Shown here piece by piece: positions 7,615 through 15,747 of a stretch of 32,000 bases of DNA; position 1 is the stretch's first letter, and the number at the start of each line of letters is the position of its first letter. The DNA is taken from positions 196,180 through 228,179 of the forward strand of contig SVDZ01000003.1 of NCBI GenBank assembly GCA_015057625.1, read 5' to 3'. Source of the stretch: Lachnospiraceae bacterium (GTDB lineage Bacteria > Bacillota > Clostridia > Lachnospirales > Lachnospiraceae). The notes beneath the pieces were generated by a model, which had not been told where the DNA came from, searched no databases, and worked only from the letters and a program-made list of their open reading frames with translations. Made by a program: the position numbers and the translations under genes.

Positions 7615-8346
7615 CTAATGTTCACTTAATCTGTATTCTCTCGGGGACATTCCCATCATCTTTTTAAACACCTTGGAGAAATACTTTTCGTCATGGAACC
7701 CTACCTTGTAAGCCACCTCATATGTCTTTAAATAATTCTGTTCAAGGTAGCTGCATGCTCTTCCTATTCTTACCTGATTAAGATAATCAATGAAGCCGCA
7801 TTTGACATTCTGAGCAAAAATGGTAGACAGATAACCACTTGATATTCCTAAATATTCTGCCATAAATGACAGCGATATGTCCTCCATATAATGATCTGAA
7901 ATATAGTCACAGGCTTCTTTTATAAAGTGATTTGTGGATTCAGATTCCTCATCCTCCTCATCAACCTTGTCCTCCTCAAAATACTGTTTAACAAGATTGT
8001 TAATACATTCCAATATATCCTTTGCCCTGATAGGTTTTAATAGATATTCATTGGCACCGTATTTTATAGCCTGTTGAGCATACTTGAAATCGTCGTATCC
8101 GCTCAATATTACAATTATAGGATGAAGGCTTGCTTTGCCACATTCCCTCATAACCTCAATCCCTGTTTTGAGAGGCATCTGCACATCTAAAAGTACAATG
8201 TCCGGTTGATATGTAAGAATAATATCAATAGCCTCCTGTCCGTTTTCCGCCTCATATATTTTATCAAATCTATTGGTGTGCAGTTCAATATATTTAGCCA
8301 CACCCTTGCGTATTGTTTCTTCATCGTCTGCTACCAACAGTTTCAT
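7615..8346 (-). CDS. Response regulator with AraC-type HTH output (YesN-like)
   Basis: Receiver domain (MKLLVADDE...DIVLLDVQMP...) plus a C-terminal AraC/XylS HTH (...GFHDEKYFSKVFKKMMGMSPREYR). AAGGAG lies 7 nt before ATG 8346. Confidence 0.9.
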   Translation of the reverse strand: MKLLVADDEETIRKGVAKYIELHTNRFDKIYEAENGQEAIDIILTYQPDIVLLDVQMPLKTGIEVMRECGKASLHPIIVILSGYDDFKYAQQAIKYGANEYLLKPIRAKDILECINNLVKQYFEEDKVDEEDEESESTNHFIKEACDYISDHYMEDISLSFMAEYLGISSGYLSTIFAQNVKCGFIDYLNQVRIGRACSYLEQNYLKTYEVAYKVGFHDEKYFSKVFKKMMGMSPREYRLSEH

Positions 8347-8406
8347 ACACCCACTCCTTTCAATCAAAGACGCTACTCCTTTGAAATAATAGTCCCTTCG
8401 GAATAA

Positions 8407-10203
8407 TTACTCCTTCGGAATAACTACGATTACCTTTGTTCCCTTACCAATCTCACTTTCAATCTTAAGTTCAAAGTTCTCGTTGTATCTAAGTTCTAAT
8501 CTTTCTTTTACATTTTTAATGGCATATCTGCCTATCCTCTGGTTTGCGTACTCGTCCTTATCGCCGCTCCAAATACTCTCTATCTGATCCTGTCTCATTC
8601 CTATTCCGGTATCACTGATTTCGAACCTCACATAGTCTCCTGTTATAGCTCCTGTAACCTTCAGCAGACATTTGGTGCTGACATTCTCAAATCCATGAAC
8701 AATTGCATTTTCCACAAAGGGCTGAATAATAAGTTTTGGAATTTTAACTTTAAGAGCTTCCTCCTCTATCTCAATCAGATAGTCAAGCCTCTTTGTGAAA
8801 CGCATCTTTTGAATCTGAAGGTATCTGGAAATCAGTTCAATCTCGTGTCTCACAGTCACTTCGCTGTTTCCCCTGTTTAATACCAATTTAAACAGTTCTG
8901 ACAATGCAAGAATACTCTCCGCTATCTCATCATTGTCCTCTGATGTAGCTTTCCAATAAAGCGAATCCAAAGTGTTGTACAAAAAGTGAGGATTAATCTG
9001 CGCCTGCAACGCACTAAGTTCACTCTCCCTCTCTTTCAGAGTAATGACATAATTGTCGTCGATTAGTTGCTTAATATCCAATACCATCTTGTTAAAACAT
9101 CTTGCAACCTCCCCAACTTCATCATTAGTTGTCACTTCAAGCTGCTGCTCAAAATCTCCTTTAGAGAAATTCCTGATGGCAACGTTAAGCTTTGCCAACG
9201 GTTTTGTAACCATATTGGAAATAATAATTAACAGCGGTAACAAAATAATCATTACACTAATCAGTATAATAATAGGTATGTATGCAGCATTTGCCACCTG
9301 CATTCTGATATTGTAGGCAGGGGAAATTTTGCACACAATCGCAGCATCTGCACTCTTTTGAATACAAGTAACACTGTAATTATTTAATGTAAAATGAACT
9401 CTTCTCTCGTCGTACTTCTGGCTAATAAACTCTTCTTTCTTAAGATATTTTTCAACCTCTTTATCAAGTTCTCCTACTCTGCAAAGTTCCCCACCATTTT
9501 TATCTATGATAACCACGCTCTCATCATCACTCTTTATAATATTCTCGCAAAGTGATGTGAATTGCTTTTGATTAACACCTAAAACAATATATCCAATAAC
9601 TTTCTTTTTACTGAAATCATAAATCTTTCTGTAGAAACCAACCTTGTCGTATCGGTTCGTATAATAAGTATCGCCGCTCCCTTTGGAGATGTGACGCCAA
9701 ATCATTCCGCTTTCGGATGTGACTGTTTTCTGATATATCTCAGTAACTTTAACAAGATTCTTATCTGAAATATAAGCACTTCCATCCATGCACCTTAGAT
9801 ATGGTCGGATATCATTTTCCGGATAAATAGCAAGAGTCTGTATCTGCCCTTTTAGAGCCACAATATCCTGGACCATCTGCATAGGAGCCTCTTCAAGCCA
9901 CAGTCTTGCATTATCATTTTTCTGTCCTGCATCTTCCTCTTTCAGCAGACTTCTAATCTGCTCGTTAATGCATAGGTATGTGGAAATATTCATAACATCC
10001 GACTGGAGTACATCCACACTTCCTGCCAGGGAACTGACGCTTTCGATATCATTCTCTTTTCGTTCATCCACTACCTTTCTGTAGTTTATAAAAAACAATA
10101 CCGAGCACGCCAATATCAGTACCGGTGTGATAATCATATAACCGTATAATATTAACTTTTTCTTTACACTTAAACTACTGACCCACTGTTTGATTTTCTT
10201 CAT
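8407..10203 (-). CDS. Sensor histidine kinase, YesM/LytS type
   Basis: Two TM segments flank an extracellular domain. HAMP region, then the His_kinase motif LQAQINPHFLYNTLDS and a C-terminal HATPase_c domain (DTGIGM...GKGT). Confidence 0.9.
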   Translation of the reverse strand: MKKIKQWVSSLSVKKKLILYGYMIITPVLILACSVLFFINYRKVVDERKENDIESVSSLAGSVDVLQSDVMNISTYLCINEQIRSLLKEEDAGQKNDNARLWLEEAPMQMVQDIVALKGQIQTLAIYPENDIRPYLRCMDGSAYISDKNLVKVTEIYQKTVTSESGMIWRHISKGSGDTYYTNRYDKVGFYRKIYDFSKKKVIGYIVLGVNQKQFTSLCENIIKSDDESVVIIDKNGGELCRVGELDKEVEKYLKKEEFISQKYDERRVHFTLNNYSVTCIQKSADAAIVCKISPAYNIRMQVANAAYIPIIILISVMIILLPLLIIISNMVTKPLAKLNVAIRNFSKGDFEQQLEVTTNDEVGEVARCFNKMVLDIKQLIDDNYVITLKERESELSALQAQINPHFLYNTLDSLYWKATSEDNDEIAESILALSELFKLVLNRGNSEVTVRHEIELISRYLQIQKMRFTKRLDYLIEIEEEALKVKIPKLIIQPFVENAIVHGFENVSTKCLLKVTGAITGDYVRFEISDTGIGMRQDQIESIWSGDKDEYANQRIGRYAIKNVKERLELRYNENFELKIESEIGKGTKVIVVIPKE

Positions 10204-10223
10204 ACAAAAATGATTTCCCTAAT

Positions 10224-11063
10224 TTATCCTTTAACCGCACCCATGGCAACGCCTTTAGTGATGTGCTTATTCAAAATTATGTAAACTATTATTGCAGGTG
10301 CTGCTGTCAACGCCATAACTGCAAACTGGATGGCATAATTAGAGGAATACTGTCCCGTAAAGTCAAGTATTGAAAACGGAAGTGTCTTCCACTTATCTGA
10401 GCTTAAATAAATTCTTGCCATCATAAATTCATTCCAGTTATTTAAAAATGTCATAATGGAAACTGTGGCAATAGATGTCTTTAACATCGGGGTGATTACC
10501 TGAAATATAATTCGGTAAATACCACATCCGTCAATTACTGCTGCCTCCTCCAATTCAATAGGAATTGACTCAATAAAGCTGGTCATAAGGAATAATCCCT
10601 GAGGAAGCGAAAAAGCAACGTAAGGAATAAGTAATGCCCAGATGGTATCTGTTATCCCAAGTTCTGTATATATCTTGTAGTTTGGCAAAAGTGTTGCGTG
10701 GATTGGAATCATCATTCCCATAAGGAGCATTGTCTTAACAAATCCGCTCAGTTTCCAACGCATTCTTCTGCAGGCAAATCCCGCCATAATAGATGCAACT
10801 AATACTAGTATAACTGCCAGTATATTTATAAGTAAACTATTTTTTAAATACAGCAAAAAATGTCCGTCCGTAAACGCCTTTGTGTAATTGCTAAACATTA
10901 TTTTCTTTGGAATTATAAGCAATCCGCTGGTAAACATTTCCGTACTGCTCGCAAATGAAAAATCGATAAGCCAGATTAACGGGAAAATCTGTATTACAGC
11001 TATGGCGATGAGTATAATCCACATAAATATTTTAACTACTTTGGTTCTTTTTTTCTTTTTCAT
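10224..11063 (-). CDS. Carbohydrate ABC transporter permease (MalG-like, CUT1)
   Basis: Six-TM profile and EAA loop EEAAVIDGCGIYRIIFQVITPMLK. Abuts the upstream permease gene. Confidence 0.9.
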   Translation of the reverse strand: MKKKKRTKVVKIFMWIILIAIAVIQIFPLIWLIDFSFASSTEMFTSGLLIIPKKIMFSNYTKAFTDGHFLLYLKNSLLINILAVILVLVASIMAGFACRRMRWKLSGFVKTMLLMGMMIPIHATLLPNYKIYTELGITDTIWALLIPYVAFSLPQGLFLMTSFIESIPIELEEAAVIDGCGIYRIIFQVITPMLKTSIATVSIMTFLNNWNEFMMARIYLSSDKWKTLPFSILDFTGQYSSNYAIQFAVMALTAAPAIIVYIILNKHITKGVAMGAVKG

Positions 11064-12035
11064 TTATGACACCGCCTTTACACTGTTTTTATAATTATTT
11101 TGCATCATTCTCTTTTGCATGGCATTTTTTTTATCTCTTTTTCTCTCCATTTTTCTGTATTTTGCTTCTTCTCTGTCTTCAAATACTTTATTGAGAGCAA
11201 CTGTAGCAATAAGGCATATTATAATAAAAATTACACCAATCGCATTTCCGTAACCGTACCTGTATGCCGTAAAGCCCTGTTGGTAAAGATAGTTTGCCGC
11301 AAACTGTGTACTGTTTCCAGGTCCTCCCTGTGTCAACAAATAGACTGTCTCCATCTGTTTGAGCGCTGATATGACAGCCATTGTAACATTAACCTGAATA
11401 ACAGGTTTCATAAGCGGTAAAGTAACGCGCAAAAATGTCTGAACCTGACTGGCACCATCTATTGATGCAGCTTCATAAAGGGTTGGGTCAATATTTTTAA
11501 TTCCTGTGTAATAAATCAACATACCCCAGCCAAAGCCGTGCCAGATTAGAACTAATAAAACTGACCAAATCGCATTCTTTTCGTCCAGCCAGTTGATATT
11601 ACCTTTTCCGCCCATGGCTTTAATTATATTGTTAAGCAGTCCGAAATTCGGATTATATATAAAACTCCAAAGCTTGGCAATAACCGCTATGGAAATTACA
11701 TTTGGAATAAAATATATACATCTGAAAATGCTTTCTGCCCTTCCACCGATTTTATCCAATACTGCTGCAATAATCATAGCAATTGGATGCTGAATGCAGA
11801 TAAATCCTATTGCAAGAAAAAGTGAGTTTCTAAGCGAAATGGCAAACACTTTATCGTGAAGCAGATTTTTGTAGTTCTCAATTCCTATCATATTGTATTT
11901 GCCCATACCCGAGTAATCTGTAAAACCGTAATAGACGCTCAGACATATAGGCGCAAGTATTGCAAATATAAACAGTAAAAGTCCCGGAAGAATAAGACTA
12001 AAAATAACTAATTTGTTACTGTATAATTTCTTCAT
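11064..12035 (-). CDS. Carbohydrate ABC transporter permease (MalF/UgpA-like, CUT1)
   Basis: Polytopic, with EAA loop YEAASIDGASQVQTFLRVTLPLMKP. Has an unusual basic ~40-aa C-terminal tail (EEAKYRKMERKRDKK...). Confidence 0.9.
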   Translation of the reverse strand: MKKLYSNKLVIFSLILPGLLLFIFAILAPICLSVYYGFTDYSGMGKYNMIGIENYKNLLHDKVFAISLRNSLFLAIGFICIQHPIAMIIAAVLDKIGGRAESIFRCIYFIPNVISIAVIAKLWSFIYNPNFGLLNNIIKAMGGKGNINWLDEKNAIWSVLLVLIWHGFGWGMLIYYTGIKNIDPTLYEAASIDGASQVQTFLRVTLPLMKPVIQVNVTMAVISALKQMETVYLLTQGGPGNSTQFAANYLYQQGFTAYRYGYGNAIGVIFIIICLIATVALNKVFEDREEAKYRKMERKRDKKNAMQKRMMQNNYKNSVKAVS

Positions 12036-12072
12036 ATTAAGCCCTTTCTAATTTGCTTTATTAAAATTATGA

Positions 12073-12092
12073 CCGCCTGGCTTCCCAGGCGG
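12073..12092 (-). terminator. Intercistronic GC-rich hairpin between the SBP and permease genes
   Basis: ccgcctgg-cttc-ccaggcgg, an 8-bp GC-rich stem. On the - strand only a weak T-containing tract follows. Such hairpins commonly act as partial terminators or stabilisers after SBP genes. Confidence 0.45.
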
Positions 12093-12125
12093 CCATAGAA
12101 GCGTATGTTGTTGAGTAAAGGATTA

Positions 12126-13442
12126 TTATTTGCAGGCATTGCCGATTGCTGATAAGAAGTCATCGACACTCTTGCTTCCGTTACATACACTTTGGATTTC
12201 ACTTTCAATACATGTTTTGAAGGCTGATGTTCCCTGATCATTAATTGGTGTACCTGAAAGATTTGTTGATTTACTTAAGATATCAACAATCTGTTTCTGA
12301 AGTTCAGTCTCATTTCCTGTCATGTATGAGCTCTGATCCTGAGCTGATAAACCAACTCCATTTTCCCATCCATACTTAGAAAGTTTGTCTGGCTGGTACA
12401 TATAATTTAAGAACTTAATTGCTTCTTCCTTAACTTCTGAGTTTGCGTTTACTGCATATCCGCCACCGTTCCAAGCTGAAATATCTGTAGCTGCTGCTTT
12501 TCCACCTTCAACCGTTGGCATTGTAAATACGCGGATATTTGTACGGATATCTTCTGCGATGTCCTGGTTAGTTGCCATTGATGTCTCCCAGCTTCCCATG
12601 TAGAACATTGCTGCCTGACCGTTTGTAAATAAGTTCATAGCTGCGCCGTAATCCTGAGTGTCATATCCGTTCTGGAAAAGTTTTGCATCTGATGCATCTT
12701 TCAAAAGCTGTGCAGCCTGTTTAAGTTCCGGTGCACTGAAATCACCTGTCTTAATTGCATTGCTTACTGCATCTGAATAATCTTTTCCTGTAATCTTGAA
12801 TAATACATCTGCAAGGTATACACATAATGGCCATCCGTCTCCGCCATCCATAGCTACAGGAACAATTCCCTTCTCATTAATCTTGTCTGCAAGTGCTAAT
12901 AATTCATCATATGTCTGTGGTACTTCCCAACCATTATCCTCGAACATTTTCTGGTTATAGTAGAAAACAGAAATATCTGTATTTCTTGGAAGTCCGTAAA
13001 GCTTTCCGTCATAAGTATATCCGTTTAATGAGCCTTCTACGAATTTGTAATCTGAATAGTCTGACGGATTAAGTTCTGCAAGAACACCTGCTTCAACAAC
13101 CTCATCTAAGAATGCAGGCTGTCCCCAAATACTTACTACATCAGGCATTCCTGACATTGAATAAGCCTTGAATTTTGTTTTGTAAGCCTCCTCATCAAGA
13201 GCTTCAACCTCAATTTTAACTTTTGGATTAGCTTTCATGTACTCGTCAATAATTGTCTGCTCTACTAATCCCTGTCCGTTCTTTCTGTCAGTTAAGTTTG
13301 AAAATAACTTGATAGTAACCTGACCGTCGTCCCCCTTCTTTCCTGACGATGAACTCGTCGATGAATCTCCACAACCTACTAACATTGTTGCAGCCATAGC
13401 AGCAACTAAAGCTGTCGAAACTACTTTTTTAATCCTTCTCAT
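12126..13442 (-). CDS. Extracellular sugar-binding lipoprotein of the ABC transporter (SBP family 1)
   Basis: Lipobox LVGC followed by a Ser-rich tether. Length and composition are typical of CUT1 solute-binding proteins. First gene of the SBP-permease-permease order. Confidence 0.9.
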   Translation of the reverse strand: MRRIKKVVSTALVAAMAATMLVGCGDSSTSSSSGKKGDDGQVTIKLFSNLTDRKNGQGLVEQTIIDEYMKANPKVKIEVEALDEEAYKTKFKAYSMSGMPDVVSIWGQPAFLDEVVEAGVLAELNPSDYSDYKFVEGSLNGYTYDGKLYGLPRNTDISVFYYNQKMFEDNGWEVPQTYDELLALADKINEKGIVPVAMDGGDGWPLCVYLADVLFKITGKDYSDAVSNAIKTGDFSAPELKQAAQLLKDASDAKLFQNGYDTQDYGAAMNLFTNGQAAMFYMGSWETSMATNQDIAEDIRTNIRVFTMPTVEGGKAAATDISAWNGGGYAVNANSEVKEEAIKFLNYMYQPDKLSKYGWENGVGLSAQDQSSYMTGNETELQKQIVDILSKSTNLSGTPINDQGTSAFKTCIESEIQSVCNGSKSVDDFLSAIGNACK

Positions 13443-13532
13443 TTTAAAGTCATACCTCCTAAAATTACATTACTTCAATCATATGTTTATCATTCCGTAT
13501 AATATGACTGAAATCATTTATTTGATGATGTG

Positions 13533-13561
13533 ATTTTAGCACGCAGTAGAAGCAGATTGAA
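13533..13561 (-). promoter_or_regulatory. Candidate promoter of the sugar ABC operon
   Basis: On the - strand: TTCAAT (13561-13556), a 17-nt spacer, then the extended -10 TGcTAAAAT (13541-13533). Confidence 0.35.
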
Positions 13562-13604
13562 GATATTAAATTTTCAAAAAAGTGGAAAATTTTCATATTC
13601 AATA

Positions 13605-13642
13605 TAAAAAGCATCTGACTAACTTTTTGTTAATCAGATGCT
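13605..13642 (-). terminator. Intrinsic terminator after the small-protein pair
   Basis: Stem agcatctgactaac (13610-13623) / gttaatcagatgct (13629-13642) with one mismatch and loop ttttt. On the - strand it is followed by TTTTT (A-run 13606-13610). Confidence 0.75.
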
Positions 13643-13671
13643 TCTTACGATTATTGTTTATTTATTTTTGT

Positions 13672-13845
13672 TTACTTTGCGATTGGTGTAATTATCGGCT
13701 TTCCTTCCCTGTCAAGCAGCGGTGATAAACCACCTGCATATCCATTAATGTAAGCCATGTAATTAACTCCTGTTTCTGTATCTACCCAAATCTCAATACC
13801 TTTTAGCACTCCCTGATCATATACTTTTTTAAATCTGTCTCCCAT
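13672..13845 (-). CDS. Small 57-aa protein, DUF6440-like (family assignment from memory)
   Basis: Below the ORF-track cutoff. AGGAGGT lies 6 nt before the ATG. Translation: MGDRFKKVYDQGVLKGIEIWVDTETGVNYMAYINGYAGGLSPLLDREGKPIITPIAK. The RBS overlaps the stop of the upstream gene. Confidence 0.7.
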   Translation of the reverse strand: MGDRFKKVYDQGVLKGIEIWVDTETGVNYMAYINGYAGGLSPLLDREGKPIITPIAK

Positions 13846-13857
13846 AACAATTACCTC

Positions 13858-14211
13858 CTAAAGACCTGAATGATAAATATTCATAGCCAATTGAAAAATA
13901 AAGAATAATACAGCTAATATACAAAATCCTCTAACTATCCATTTTGTTTTCTTTGATACCTCTGATACTGAAGTACCATCTTCCATTACTATGTAATCAT
14001 TTTCTTCCATTATCGCTTTTGCTTTTTCAAAATCCTGTTCTTTAACTTTTACATCTTTAAAGAGATTGAAATCACCACCTAACGTTCTCATGTAGCCTCC
14101 AACTCCTTCTTCTGTAATCAGGACTTCCACGCCATTGCTCTCAAGCACTCCCTTTAAAATTGCAATTTCAGGTTCACTATTTGAAGAATATATTTTTTTC
14201 ATATTAATCAT
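13858..14211 (-). CDS. Small membrane-anchored protein with an N-terminal DUF2007-like (putative signal-transducing) domain
   Basis: 117 aa. The N-terminal ~75 aa resemble the DUF2007 fold signature (EIAILKGVLESNGVEV...FEKAKAIMEE). One C-terminal TM segment (WIVRGFCILAVLFFIFQLAMNIY). The start could be ATG 14211 or 14202. Confidence 0.6.
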   Translation of the reverse strand: MINMKKIYSSNSEPEIAILKGVLESNGVEVLITEEGVGGYMRTLGGDFNLFKDVKVKEQDFEKAKAIMEENDYIVMEDGTSVSEVSKKTKWIVRGFCILAVLFFIFQLAMNIYHSGL

Positions 14212-14446
14212 CCGCCTTTCATGTTAAATTGAGATAGCACTCTCTGCACATCTTTTCAAAATATATTTCTATTTACTATTACGCCGATACACACTTCTTT
14301 AATATGCGCGTATCATTAATAATAATTATACATATTTTTTCATTTCCATAAATGGGTGAAAAAAACGAAATATAAAGGGATAATTCGCTTTTAAGTTGTA
14401 AATACTACTCCGAAACACAAATTACATATCAGGAACAAAAATTGTT

Positions 14447-14887
14447 TGTGGTACGTACTCCCAAGAAACTTATTCGGAGAGAATATGCGTATCAGAATAT
14501 AAATTTGCTTGTGGTACGTATGCCCAAGAAGCTTATTTGGAGAGAATATACGTATCAGAATTAATAATTGCTTGTGGTACGTACTCCCAAGAAGCTTATT
14601 TCGATTGTATATACGTATCAGAATTAAAATTTGTTTGTGGTACGTACTCCCAAGAAACTTATATAGATTGTATATGCGTATCAGAATTTAAAATTGCTTG
14701 TGGTACGTACTCCCAAGAAGCTTATTTGGAGAGAATATGCGTATCAGAATTAAAATTTGTTTGTGGTACGTACTCCCAAGAAACTTATATAGATTGTATA
14801 TGCGTATCAGAATTAAAATTTGCTTGTGGTACGTACTCCCAAGAAACTTATATAGATTGTATATACGTATCAGAATTAATAATCCCC
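14447..14887. repeat. 63-bp-period tandem array 2 (7 units)
   Basis: TGTGGTACGTA starts at 14447, 14510, 14573, 14636, 14699, 14762 and 14825, exactly 63 bp apart. Each unit has the palindromes GTACGTAC and AT(A/G)CGTAT and a 20-nt variable segment of two types plus a hybrid. Degenerate partial units flank the array (about 14300-14330, 14420-14446 and 14890-14900). Confidence 0.95.
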
Positions 14888-14922
14888 CTATAATACGTAT
14901 ATTCATTTTTCCAATTACAAGC

Positions 14923-14969
14923 AAAACTTTATATTAACGAATAATTATTACTTAATATAAAGTTTTTTT
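14923..14969 (+). terminator. Terminator-like hairpin downstream of array 2
   Basis: Perfect 15-bp A/T-rich stem aaaactttatattaa (14923-14937) / ttaatataaagtttt (14952-14966). The T-run continues to 14969. There is no T-run in the - orientation. Confidence 0.55.
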
Positions 14970-14978
14970 GTTACCTTT

Positions 14979-14987
14979 TGGTATAAT
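14979..14987 (+). promoter_or_regulatory. Extended -10 promoter for the ECF sigma transcript
   Basis: TGgTATAAT (TG 14979-14980, TATAAT 14982-14987). No good -35 is present. The predicted start near 14995 gives a ~160-nt leader containing element copy B. Confidence 0.45.
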
Positions 14988-15054
14988 CTACATATATTAG
15001 TATACAAGCTTGTTTTACTTGCTACTTATAGAATCATAACTCTCAAAATGTCAG

Positions 15055-15133
15055 CATGAGATAACTTACAGAGTAAATTATCTCATGACTGACGCGCATT
15101 TCGCAGCAAGAACGCTGAGGCGTTCTTGAATTA
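15055..15133 (+). repeat. Hairpin element, copy B (full length), in the ECF sigma leader
   Basis: 15-bp stem catgagataacttac (15055-15069) / gtaaattatctcatg (15073-15087) with one C.A mismatch and loop aga. Second hairpin aagaacgc-tgag-gcgttctt (15108-15127). 15061-15133 is identical to 112-184. Confidence 0.85.
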
Positions 15134-15156
15134 CATAAGAATGGAGAATTAGTGAA

Positions 15157-15669
15157 TTGAAATTTTTCGAAGACATATGTCGAGAATATTATTCCCGCAT
15201 TTACAAATATGTCTTGCGTATGACCTGTCAGAAAGAAACTGCAGAAGACATTACACAAGAAGTTTTTCTGATTGCATATCAGAAGGGAAATATATTCTTA
15301 AATCATGAAAATCATTTGGGCTTTTTGTATACAACTGCCCACAATTTAATAATGGATGAATACAGGAAACAAAAAAAGCAGATTCTCACAGACGTGGAGA
15401 AAATGGATTTGAAATCTCCGGATGTTTTTGAAACACTTTGCAACAAATACAGTAGCAAAGTGGATATTGAAGACCAACTAAAATCAGTTCTGTCAATTCT
15501 GACTCCTTTTGAGCAGACCTTGTATGAACAATATTATGAGCAAAAAATTCCTATGGTGGAGATTGCAAAAGCTTTAGGAAAAAGTAACTCATCCATAAAA
15601 ATGAACTATATGCGACTGAGGAACAAACTTAAATCGCATATAAAAGAACTCGAGTTAGATTTATTCTAA
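15157..15669 (+). CDS. ECF-type sigma-70 family RNA polymerase sigma factor
   Basis: Region 2 (YYSRIYKYVLRMTCQKETAEDITQEVFLIAYQK...FLYTTAHNLIMDEYRK) and region 4 HTH (LTPFEQTLYEQYYEQKIPMVEIAKALGKSNSSIKMNYMRLRNKLK). TTG start with GGAGA 9 nt upstream. Confidence 0.88.
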   Translation: MKFFEDICREYYSRIYKYVLRMTCQKETAEDITQEVFLIAYQKGNIFLNHENHLGFLYTTAHNLIMDEYRKQKKQILTDVEKMDLKSPDVFETLCNKYSSKVDIEDQLKSVLSILTPFEQTLYEQYYEQKIPMVEIAKALGKSNSSIKMNYMRLRNKLKSHIKELELDLF

Positions 15670-15747
15670 ATTTAAGCTTAATTCCAGTTTTGGGATTTCT
15701 TTATTTTAATTTTAATGCGCATATAAAATAGATGAAAGGAGCAATTA

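Noticed and set aside
12032-12241. 69-aa ORF overlapping the 3' end of the SBP gene
   Set aside because: It overlaps a strongly supported CDS in another frame, spans the intercistronic hairpin, and has no RBS or homology.
14447-14887. CRISPR array (about 43-bp repeat with 20-bp spacer)
   Set aside because: Only two spacer types plus a hybrid alternate, 20 nt is too short for a spacer, and no cas genes are present.
14509-14937. ORFs over array 2 (for example 14537..14893, a 21-aa Cys-containing repeat CVSELKFxCGTYSQExYxxCI) as a multi-core RiPP precursor
   Set aside because: It has a TTG start without an SD. Three of six frames are open simply because of the repeat. No maturase (radical SAM, YcaO, lanthionine synthetase, protease/transporter) is nearby. 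I keep it only as a remote possibility, testable by Ribo-seq.
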